This document shows positions 25,113-32,000 of a stretch of DNA of 32,000 nucleotides, one piece after another. Location: the NCBI RefSeq assembly GCF_001458695.1, contig NZ_LN885086.1, positions 1,230,001 through 1,262,000 of the forward strand. The letters run 5' to 3'. The stretch is from Candidatus Nitrospira inopinata. GTDB taxonomy: Bacteria > Nitrospirota > Nitrospiria > Nitrospirales > Nitrospiraceae. Both the position numbers and the translations under genes were made by a program. A model generated the notes under the pieces. The model was not told the origin of the DNA. It did not search any database and saw only the letters and a list, made by a program, of their open reading frames with translations. Position 1 is the first letter of the stretch. Each line of letters opens with the position of its first letter.

Positions 25113-25961
25113 CTAAGCGTGAGAGGCCGCGAACCATGAAATTTCATCGGAAGCGCCGGTGTGATCGCCTGGAACCTGCATCGTCGCGGTCCATTCGATG
25201 CCGAATACTTCGCCGAAAAGCTCGGCAAGGTCGCGTTTGACCGTTGCGACCGAAAGGCCCGTGGTCACTAGACGGCTCATGGTGGTCATGCGGCAATCCG
25301 CGAGGCCGCACGGTCGAATGAGTCCAAAAGGCGACAGATCCATGTCGACGTTCAGCGCGAAGCCGTGCAGGCTGACACCCCGCTGAATGCGGACGCCGAT
25401 GGAAGCAATTTTCGCAAGACAGGGAGAAAAAACCCAGACGCCGGGCTTCCGAGCCAAACGGTCGCCCTCGATGTTCCAACGGGCGAGAAGACGAATGATG
25501 ACTTCTTCCAAAAGCCAGACCAGCCGTCTCGGTCCGGCCGCGTAGGCGGTCGTCTTGAGAATGGGGTACACGACCACCTGGCCGGGACCGTGAAATGTCA
25601 CCGAACCTCCCCGGTTGACGACGTGCACGTCCGCGCCGGTCGCGCGCAAAATCCGTTCGTCGCTGGGTCGATCGTTCGGCCGAGTACTTCGTCCCAGCGT
25701 ATAGACGGGGTCGTGTTCCAGAATGATGACCGTATCGGGTCTCTCGTTCAAAAGGCGCTCTTGATGCAGCCGAGACTGGAAGGTCCACCCGGCGGTGTAA
25801 GAAACCGGTGTTTTGAAAAGAAGGAGCGTCCCGCTCTGCAACCGGTCGGCCACGTTTGGATCTCGGGCGTTCTGGGGAGAAACGCTCAACGATGGAATCA
25901 CCTCGACACCCTTGCGACGAGCGAAGGACGTTTCAATTTGACCGCCCGCTTGACGGTCCAC
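25113..25961 (-). CDS. lipB: Lipoyl(octanoyl) transferase LipB
   Basis: ILEHDPVYTLGR, VNRGGSVTFHGPGQVVVYPIL, KIASIGVRI..GVSLHGFALNV and PCGL are canonical LipB motifs. The 5' end is uncertain: the track start is a GTG giving ~40-60 extra N-terminal residues, and in-frame GTG/TTG alternatives exist. Confidence 0.85.
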   Translation of the reverse strand: MDRQAGGQIETSFARRKGVEVIPSLSVSPQNARDPNVADRLQSGTLLLFKTPVSYTAGWTFQSRLHQERLLNERPDTVIILEHDPVYTLGRSTRPNDRPSDERILRATGADVHVVNRGGSVTFHGPGQVVVYPILKTTAYAAGPRRLVWLLEEVIIRLLARWNIEGDRLARKPGVWVFSPCLAKIASIGVRIQRGVSLHGFALNVDMDLSPFGLIRPCGLADCRMTTMSRLVTTGLSVATVKRDLAELFGEVFGIEWTATMQVPGDHTGASDEISWFAASHA

Positions 25962-26124
25962 GGAGAAGAATCACGGTCGCTCACTCCAAGCGAGGTACCA
26001 GGTTATCCTTTGCGCCCGTCGAGTTCGATCGTATTGTGGCATAACCGGTTGTCACGGGGGAAGCACCATCACAGGACAGTCGGAATGGGTTCCCACCCTC
26101 AGGAGCATGGAGGGCGCCGGCCAA

Positions 26125-27387
26125 CTATTTGATAGCGGCGAACAGTTCTCGGATAGCCGGGGTCTTGAGTTTTTTGAGCGCCTTGGCCTCGATTTGGCGG
26201 ATCCGTTCCCGTGTCACCGAGAGGTTTTGACCGACTTGCTCCAGAGTCCTGGCTTCGTCATATCCGATGCCGAACCGGAGACGAATCACCGTTTGCTCTC
26301 TCGGCGTGAGCGTGCCGAGGATTCGATCCAACTGCTTCGTCAGCTCGGCTCGATGGACATGGGCGTCGGGAGGCGTCGCGAGCTGATCGGGAATCATATC
26401 GCCGAATTGGGTGTCTCCGTCGCCGACCGTCGCGTCCAGCGCCGCCGGTTCTTGAAACGCCTGCATGGTTTCTTGAAGCCGTTCGGGCCTCATGCGCAGC
26501 GCGTTGGCGACCTCTTCCAGGCGAGCGGGCCGTCCGAACTGTTGTCCCAAGCGGCGGGTCACGCGAAGAATGCGATGGGAGGCTTCGGTCTGATGAACGG
26601 GAACGCGGATCGTCCGGGCTTGGTCGGCAAGCGCGCGGGTGATGCCCTGCCTGATCCACCACGTCGCGTAGGTGCTGAACTTGTACCCTTTTCGATATTG
26701 GTATCGCTCCGCAGCCTTCATTAAGCCGATGTTGCCTTCCTGAACGAGGTCGAGCAGCGCCAATCCTCGCCCCGTATAGTGCTTCGCGATGTCCACGACC
26801 AGACGGAGGTTGCAGCGGACCAGTTCGTCCTTCCCTTTCTCAAGGACGACTCTCGCGGACTTGATTTCTTGAAGCGAGGCCTTCACCTGCTTTTCGACCG
26901 CCGGCGCAAGCCGCATCTCGCGGCTCGACGCTTTCAGCACGGCCGCGAGAGCCTGCTCCGCGGCGTCAAGCGCCGTCGCGGACAATCCGCTCAGCCGCTT
27001 GATCAACTGCAGCGTCTTGAGAGATTCCTGGAGCGTCGATATCTGCTTGGCTCCGTCAAGCGACTTGGCGGCCTGGTGTAACGTCCGCCGAATTCGCCTG
27101 GTGCCTTCATCGATCCGTTTCGCGATCGCCACTTCTTCGTCCCGGGTCAACAGCGGACGCTCGCCGAAGGAGCGGAAATACAGTGACTCCATGAAAAACG
27201 CTCCGGCGCCGCGACTGTCTTCGGAGGCCGTCGGAGAGTCTTCTTCATCGCGAGGAGGCGATTCCGTCCCCCCTCGACCGATCGCCTCCAACAAACCGCT
27301 GGCTTGCCGGCTATCGGTATCCGGTTCAACCTCGACCATCTCGGCGTTGCCGCTGCTTTCCATCAAGCGAAATTCCTTGCTCTGCAT
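26125..27387 (-). CDS. RNA polymerase sigma-70 family factor, group 1/2-like (regions 1.2, 2, 3, 4 present)
   Basis: Region 1.2 is PLLTRDEEVAIAKRIDEG. Region 2 is LDLVQEGNIGLMKAAERYQYRKGYKFSTYATWWIRQGITRA. Region 4.2 is LEQVGQNLSVTRERIRQIEAKALKKLK. Start moved to ATG 27387, which has AGAGGTG 6 nt upstream; the track start at 27420 has no usable SD. Confidence 0.9.
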   Translation of the reverse strand: MQSKEFRLMESSGNAEMVEVEPDTDSRQASGLLEAIGRGGTESPPRDEEDSPTASEDSRGAGAFFMESLYFRSFGERPLLTRDEEVAIAKRIDEGTRRIRRTLHQAAKSLDGAKQISTLQESLKTLQLIKRLSGLSATALDAAEQALAAVLKASSREMRLAPAVEKQVKASLQEIKSARVVLEKGKDELVRCNLRLVVDIAKHYTGRGLALLDLVQEGNIGLMKAAERYQYRKGYKFSTYATWWIRQGITRALADQARTIRVPVHQTEASHRILRVTRRLGQQFGRPARLEEVANALRMRPERLQETMQAFQEPAALDATVGDGDTQFGDMIPDQLATPPDAHVHRAELTKQLDRILGTLTPREQTVIRLRFGIGYDEARTLEQVGQNLSVTRERIRQIEAKALKKLKTPAIRELFAAIK

Positions 27388-27670
27388 CACAGCACCTCTT
27401 TTTCTGGGGTGGTCGCCCATGGGCTGCTACTTTTTCCCTTTCTTAACTATTTAGATGCCGAAGACGGTCCAGAAGATTCAGGGGTCGTCGGCTTGTGCTC
27501 CTCAAGGCGCAGCAAAAGGAATGCTGGATTGGAAGATGAGAACGACGCTCCGGCATCACCTTGGAATTCCACGACTATTAGAGTGGTTTAATGAGGAAAT
27601 GAAGGGACGGCTGTGGCGGACGTGCCGCACCTATGTCAGATCGCCGACAGTTTGCAAAAGGCCCCGGACG

Positions 27671-28450
27671 CTATTTTTTCTCGGTCGTGGACAAGCCCTT
27701 GATGAAGGGGGCAAGCGTATCAACCGGTATGGGAAAGATCGTTGTGGAATTCTTCTCCGCCGCGATTTCCACCAAGGTTTGGAGATAACGCAGTTGAAGC
27801 GCGGCCGGATTTCGACTGATCACGTCGGCGGCGTCGGCCAATCGTTGCGAGGCCTCAAATTCGCCGTCGGCATGGATGATCTTGGCGCGCCGTTCCCGTT
27901 CCGCTTCGGCTTGGCGCGCGATGGCTCGTTGCATTTCCTGAGGAAGGTCCACGTTCTTGACCTCGACCGCCGTCACTTTGACGCCCCATGGCTCTGTTTG
28001 CTGGTCGATGATCCGCTGAAGGTCGGAGTTGATTTGCTCCCGCTTCGCCAAGAGGTCGTCGAGCTGGCTTTGGCCAAGGACGCTGCGAAGGGTCGTCTGC
28101 GCCATCATGGACGTGGCGTAGAGATAATCCTCGACTTGCACGATCGCCCGTTCCGGATCGACGACGCGGAAATAAATGACGGCGTTGACCTTCACGGTGA
28201 CGTTGTCCTTCGTGATGATGTCCTGGGGAGGAACGTCCATCGTGATCGTGCGAAGACTCACCCGCGTCAACCGATCGATGAACGGAACGATGACGACGAG
28301 CCCCGGGCCGTTGCCTCCGATGACGCCGCGCGACAGGCGGCCGAGGCGAAAGATCACGGCGCGCTCATATTCGGGAAGAACGTTGAAGGTCAGTTTGCCG
28401 ATCGCGATCAGGGCGATGATCACCAATATGAAACCAACAGGGCTGAACAT
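27671..28450 (-). CDS. SPFH/band-7 (stomatin-like) membrane protein
   Basis: N-terminal TM helix, then [35 protein letters not shown] and a coiled-coil Ala/Glu/Arg-rich tail ([17 protein letters not shown]), typical of prokaryotic stomatins. It starts 2 nt after the nfeD stop. Confidence 0.9.
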   Translation of the reverse strand: MFSPVGFILVIIALIAIGKLTFNVLPEYERAVIFRLGRLSRGVIGGNGPGLVVIVPFIDRLTRVSLRTITMDVPPQDIITKDNVTVKVNAVIYFRVVDPERAIVQVEDYLYATSMMAQTTLRSVLGQSQLDDLLAKREQINSDLQRIIDQQTEPWGVKVTAVEVKNVDLPQEMQRAIARQAEAERERRAKIIHADGEFEASQRLADAADVISRNPAALQLRYLQTLVEIAAEKNSTTIFPIPVDTLAPFIKGLSTTEKK

Positions 28451-28452
28451 GG

Positions 28453-29808
28453 TTATGCCTCTTTCTTTTGAAAAACGGGCGTGACGTAGAGGGTCAGCCC
28501 TTCGATGCGGAGGACCTTGGCGGTCGCGCCCTCTTCAAGAGGGCTGTCGCTGACGGCGTCCCAGAGTTCTCCATGAATCATCAGTTTTCCGTCGGGGCGT
28601 AACGCCGTTTTGGCGACCCCGACGGCGCCGATCATTCCTTCGCTTCCCGTTTGCGGCGATCGGCGCAGGGCGCGGACGCCCATTCCGACGATCAACAGTG
28701 AGACCGCGGCGGTTGCGATGATGACGGGAATCATGACGGACCAGGAAATCCGAAAAAATTCCGCGTCCGATTTGATCAGCATCAGCGAGCCCAAGACCAT
28801 GGAAATCACCCCGCCGATGGCCAGCAGCCCGTAGCTTGTGACGGTGGCTTCGAGGATGAAGAACACGATGCCGAGAATGAACAGCAACACCCCCGCGTAA
28901 TTGACCGGCAGCGATTGGAGCGAATAAAAAGCCAAAATGAGGCTGATCGCCCCGACGATCCCCGGAAGAATCGCTCCGGGATTGTACAGCTCGGCGAGAA
29001 TGCCGATGGTGCCGATGGTCATGAGCAGATAGGCGATGTTGGGATCGCTCAGTGCTTTCAGCAGCTCAAGCCGGAGCCCCATCGGAAATTCCCGTAAGAA
29101 CGCGCCTTCGGTTGCGAGCGTGACCGGCCCGCCGGCCATCGCGACCTTCCGTCCATTGAGCTGTTTCAGCAGGGCGGGAATATCCTCCGCGATCAGATCG
29201 ATGATCTTCAGTTTCAGGGCTTCCTGCTCCGTGGCCGACACGCTTTTGCGAACCGCGTCCTCGGCCCATGAGGCGTTTCGTCCCCGCTGTTCGGCGATAC
29301 TTTTGATGTACGCGACGGCGTCGTTCTCGACCTTTTCTTTCATCGTCTTATCCATCTCGCCGCCGCCCATTGCGACCGGGTGCGCCGCTCCGATGTTCGT
29401 GCCGGGCGCCATGGCGGCGACGTGGGCGGCCATGGTGATGAACACGCCGGCCGACGCGGCCCGTCCTCCGGACGGCGCGACAAAGACGATGACCGGAATC
29501 GGGGAACCGGTGATGTCCTTCACGATCAGGCGCATGGACGTGTCCAATCCCCCCGGCGTATCGAGTCTCAGGATGACGGCTTGGGCCGACGTCGATTCGG
29601 CCGCGGCAAGCGCGTCATGGATGTATTCGGCCGCGACGGGATTGATCACTCCCTCGTAGGTCGCGACCAGAATTTCACCGGCGTGAGACTCGGGCGAATT
29701 TAGAAACAAAGCCGCCGCGCACAAGGCAAGTCGGCAAACGGCCGACACCGCGTCTTGTGAGGGGGGCAACCACCGTATGAGAGAACGGCCGTACATGCGA
29801 GCCTTCAT
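28453..29808 (-). CDS. NfeD-family membrane-bound ClpP-class serine protease (long form)
   Basis: Signal/TM segment, then a ClpP-like domain (RLDTPGG...[11 protein letters not shown]...), a central block of about 4-5 TM helices, and a C-terminal NfeD OB-fold ([14 protein letters not shown]...[12 protein letters not shown]). The operon with a stomatin is classic. Confidence 0.9.
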   Translation of the reverse strand: MKARMYGRSLIRWLPPSQDAVSAVCRLALCAAALFLNSPESHAGEILVATYEGVINPVAAEYIHDALAAAESTSAQAVILRLDTPGGLDTSMRLIVKDITGSPIPVIVFVAPSGGRAASAGVFITMAAHVAAMAPGTNIGAAHPVAMGGGEMDKTMKEKVENDAVAYIKSIAEQRGRNASWAEDAVRKSVSATEQEALKLKIIDLIAEDIPALLKQLNGRKVAMAGGPVTLATEGAFLREFPMGLRLELLKALSDPNIAYLLMTIGTIGILAELYNPGAILPGIVGAISLILAFYSLQSLPVNYAGVLLFILGIVFFILEATVTSYGLLAIGGVISMVLGSLMLIKSDAEFFRISWSVMIPVIIATAAVSLLIVGMGVRALRRSPQTGSEGMIGAVGVAKTALRPDGKLMIHGELWDAVSDSPLEEGATAKVLRIEGLTLYVTPVFQKKEA

Positions 29809-29896
29809 GAGCGAAAGATCATCTCCTAACTATCAGTCGGAAAAGGTGATTTTGATCTTACGGCCCCCCCGACACCCTGTCAAGGAAGGCGCTTGG

Positions 29897-29926
29897 TTGC
29901 AATCCCCGGAATGAACCACCTAGAAT
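29897..29926 (+). promoter_or_regulatory. Putative sigma-70-type promoter for trmI (TTGCAA - 18 nt - TAGAAT)
   Basis: Hexamers at 29897-29902 and 29921-29926 in the 116-bp divergent spacer. The -10 overlaps the first in-frame ATG (29925). Confidence 0.35.
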
Positions 29927-30809
29927 GCCCGCCATGTCGTTGTTTTCCGACGGCGAACGCATCCATCTCGTCGATCACAAAGGGCGTCAGTATGCGCTGA
30001 CGCTCAAGGCGGGACACACGTACCACTTCAGCGGTCAGACCATCGCTCATGACGAGATTATCGGGAAACAGGATGGCACGGTCGTCGTGCTGTCCGGCGG
30101 AAAGAAGATGTTGGCGCTTAAGCCTACGTTCAGGGATTACGTGCTCAAAATGCCCCGCGGCGCGCAAGTGCTGTACCCAAAGGACCTCGCGCTCATTCCC
30201 ATGTGGGCGGACATCTATCCGGGGGCTCGGGTCTTTGAGGCGGGAACCGGTTCGGGAGCGCTCACCATGGCGCTTTTGCGCGCGGTGGGGCCGAAAGGGC
30301 TGGTTGTGACGTACGACGTGCGAGAAGATTTCGCCCGCACCGCGCTTCTGAACATCGATCGTCATCTGGGGCCCGTTCACAACTTGGTGGCCTTGCGCAA
30401 GAACGCCTACGAATCGATCGAGATGCCGGAGGATGGAGTTCCATTTGATCGCGTGGTGCTGGATCTTCCCGAGCCGTGGCAAGTGGTTCCTCATGCGGCC
30501 AGGGTTCTTCGGTCAGGTGGAATATATTTGAGTTTCGTCCCGACGGTCCCGCAAGTCATGCAAACGGTCGAGGCGCTGGAGCGGGCGGCGACGTTCGCCA
30601 TGATGGAAACGTTTGAGTCGTTGCTGCGGACCTGGTCGGTGCAAGGCCGAAGCGTGAGGCCGGACCACAGGATGGTCGCCCACTCCGGATTCATTACCGT
30701 GGCAAGGAAAGTGGAAGCCGGCTTGCCCGCGGCGCGAGCGGAACAAGCCGATGCCGACGATGTCTTCAACGCCGAGACGAGGGGCGAAACGGAAGGGTCG
30801 GAAGGGTGA
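29925..30809 (+). CDS. trmI: tRNA (adenine(58)-N1)-methyltransferase TrmI (GCD14 family)
   Basis: N-terminal beta domain (GERIHLVD.KG....L..G...H...G.I.H..IIG), the SAM motif VFEAGTGSGALT, and DRVVLDLPEPW. The true start may be ATG 29934 (see findings). Confidence 0.85.
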   Translation: MPAMSLFSDGERIHLVDHKGRQYALTLKAGHTYHFSGQTIAHDEIIGKQDGTVVVLSGGKKMLALKPTFRDYVLKMPRGAQVLYPKDLALIPMWADIYPGARVFEAGTGSGALTMALLRAVGPKGLVVTYDVREDFARTALLNIDRHLGPVHNLVALRKNAYESIEMPEDGVPFDRVVLDLPEPWQVVPHAARVLRSGGIYLSFVPTVPQVMQTVEALERAATFAMMETFESLLRTWSVQGRSVRPDHRMVAHSGFITVARKVEAGLPAARAEQADADDVFNAETRGETEGSEG

Positions 30810-31576
30810 GCAGGATGCAGCGATTGACGGGGAAAGTCGCCGTCATCACGGGTGGGAATGCCGGGATCGGGGAAGCCGTGGCCAAACGGTTTGCGGCGGA
30901 AGGGGCGTCGGTGACGATCACGGGGCGCCGTCAAGCGGAGTTAGATCGTGTGGCACGGACGATTCGGCATGCCACCGAGAACGTCCTGGCCGTCGCCGGT
31001 TCCGTAACGGACGAGGCGCACGCGCAAGAGGTTGTGCGGACGACCATCGATCGCTTCGGTCGGATTGATATTTTGGTGAACAATGCGGGGATCGGCGATT
31101 TCGGCAAGCGGTTGCACGAGATCGACGATGAGCGATGGGGAACCGTTTTTGACGTCAACGTGACGGGCGTGTTTCGCATGACGAGGGCGACGATCCCCCA
31201 GATGCTGAAACAGAAGGCCGGCTCTATCGTGAATATCTCGTCCGTCGCCAGCTTGGTCGGAATTCCCGGATTGCCGGCCTATGCCGCGTCCAAAGGGGCC
31301 CTTGACGCCCTCACAAGGGCGCTGGCGGTCGACTATGCCCAAGACGGCATCCGTTGCAACGTGGTCAACCCGGCGCTCATCGATACCCCGATGGCGGCGC
31401 CGCTGATGGCGAATCCGGCGATGCTGCAATCGATGCTCGCCCAATATGCCGTTCGTCGCGCGGGGAGCCCTGATGAAGTGGCGAGCCTGGTGCTCTATCT
31501 GGCATCGGACGAGGCCGGGTGGGTGACCGGAGGCACGTTTACGATCGACGGGGGAATGACCATCTACAAGGGCTAG
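30806..31576 (+). CDS. SDR family oxidoreductase (classical short-chain dehydrogenase/reductase)
   Basis: TGGNAGIG cofactor motif, NNAG, and the catalytic S...YAASK tetrad region. GTG 30806 overlaps the trmI stop (GTGA); ATG 30815 (MQRLTGK) is an equally good start. Substrate not inferable. Confidence 0.85.
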   Translation: MSRMQRLTGKVAVITGGNAGIGEAVAKRFAAEGASVTITGRRQAELDRVARTIRHATENVLAVAGSVTDEAHAQEVVRTTIDRFGRIDILVNNAGIGDFGKRLHEIDDERWGTVFDVNVTGVFRMTRATIPQMLKQKAGSIVNISSVASLVGIPGLPAYAASKGALDALTRALAVDYAQDGIRCNVVNPALIDTPMAAPLMANPAMLQSMLAQYAVRRAGSPDEVASLVLYLASDEAGWVTGGTFTIDGGMTIYKG

Positions 31577-31613
31577 GCCGGCGGCCATTTCCCCGCATCT
31601 GCACACGAAAAAT

Positions 31614-32000
31614 ATGGAGATCGGTCCCCACACTCGGTTTTGCGGCATTATCGGCAATCCCGTCGAACATTCTCTCTCTCCCGCCATTCACAACGCGGCC
31701 TTTCGGTCGCTCGGCGTCGATTGCGTGTATCTGGCGTGGAAAGTCGAACGGATCGGAGACGCGATTCGAGGCCTCCGGGCGCTGGGGAATTTCCGCGGCG
31801 CCAGCGTGACCATCCCGCATAAGGTCGCGGCCGTGCCGTTTCTGGACGAGATCGAACCGACGGCCGGCCGGATCGGCGCCATCAATACAATCGTGGCGGA
31901 GAAGGGGCGCCTCATCGGGTATAACACCGACGCTACCGGCGCCCTGCGCGCTCTGCGGGGTGGGGGCGTCGCGCTGGCCGGGCGGCGCATTGTCATGCTC
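31614..32000 (+). CDS. aroE: Shikimate dehydrogenase, 5' part (runs off window end)
   Basis: Not in the ORF track because no stop is reached. Hand translation from ATG 31614 is open for 129 codons: MEIGPHTRFCGIIGNPVEHSLSPAIHNAAFRSLGVDCVYLAW...ASVTIPHKVA...GAINTIV...GYNTDATG. These are the canonical AroE motifs (SLSPxxHN, TIPHK, NT, GYNTD). Confidence 0.85.
   Translation, partial: MEIGPHTRFCGIIGNPVEHSLSPAIHNAAFRSLGVDCVYLAWKVERIGDAIRGLRALGNFRGASVTIPHKVAAVPFLDEIEPTAGRIGAINTIVAEKGRLIGYNTDATGALRALRGGGVALAGRRIVML

Noticed and set aside
1-32000. Search by eye for tRNA/rRNA genes, CRISPR-like spaced repeats, IS elements or integrases, reverse transcriptases, toxin-antitoxin pairs and known defence-system genes
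   Set aside because: None was found. No T-loop-like GTTCGAATC/GTTCAAATC motif occurs in the intergenic spacers. There are no tandem spaced direct repeats, and no transposase, recombinase or RT motifs in any listed ORF. A covariance-model or HMM scan would be needed to exclude small or divergent elements.

Overview
One contiguous, densely coding bacterial chromosomal segment. Sampled lines are about 60% G+C (36/60 at 12601-12660). All calls come from reading the supplied translations and the DNA, with no database search, so family names rest on recognised motifs. I found about 37 protein genes and no rRNA, tRNA, CRISPR array, transposase or integrase.

Left to right:
- a partial TrpD-like gene end
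- sulfate activation genes cysD-cysNC
- an HDOD signalling protein, divergent from a Zn-ribbon protein with PCP_red-like repeats
- yebC-ruvA-(small Cys-rich exported protein)-ruvB
- a long same-strand housekeeping block: pheA-hisC-aroF-tyrA-aroA-cmk-plsC-rpsA-sppA-ihfB, followed by a second PCP_red-repeat gene
- a roughly 4.7 kb, more A/T-rich islet of lineage-specific genes (106-aa orphan, FG-GAP/VCBS lipoprotein, tiny membrane protein, Zn-ribbon peptide, S11 D-Ala-D-Ala carboxypeptidase, two more orphans)
- a minus-strand block: nfeD-SPFH, a sigma-70 family factor, lipB, gdh
- trmI, an SDR oxidoreductase, and the 5' part of aroE running off the window (absent from the ORF track because it has no stop)

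I see no recognisable defence, secretion or biosynthetic cluster. The most unusual content is:
1. Two paralogous genes built from BchB/ChlB C-terminal-like (PCP_red) repeats in a non-photosynthetic context. One of them sits behind a promoter overlapped by a perfect 19-bp palindrome and is divergent from the HDOD gene.
2. A Tat-signal, Cys-rich duplicated-motif protein wedged between ruvA and ruvB.
3. A CysN fusion whose APS-kinase domain looks catalytically degenerate.
4. The orphan-gene islet at 19.2-23.8 kb.

Nearly every real gene is shadowed by a long antisense ORF, a GC3 artefact; I rejected these.
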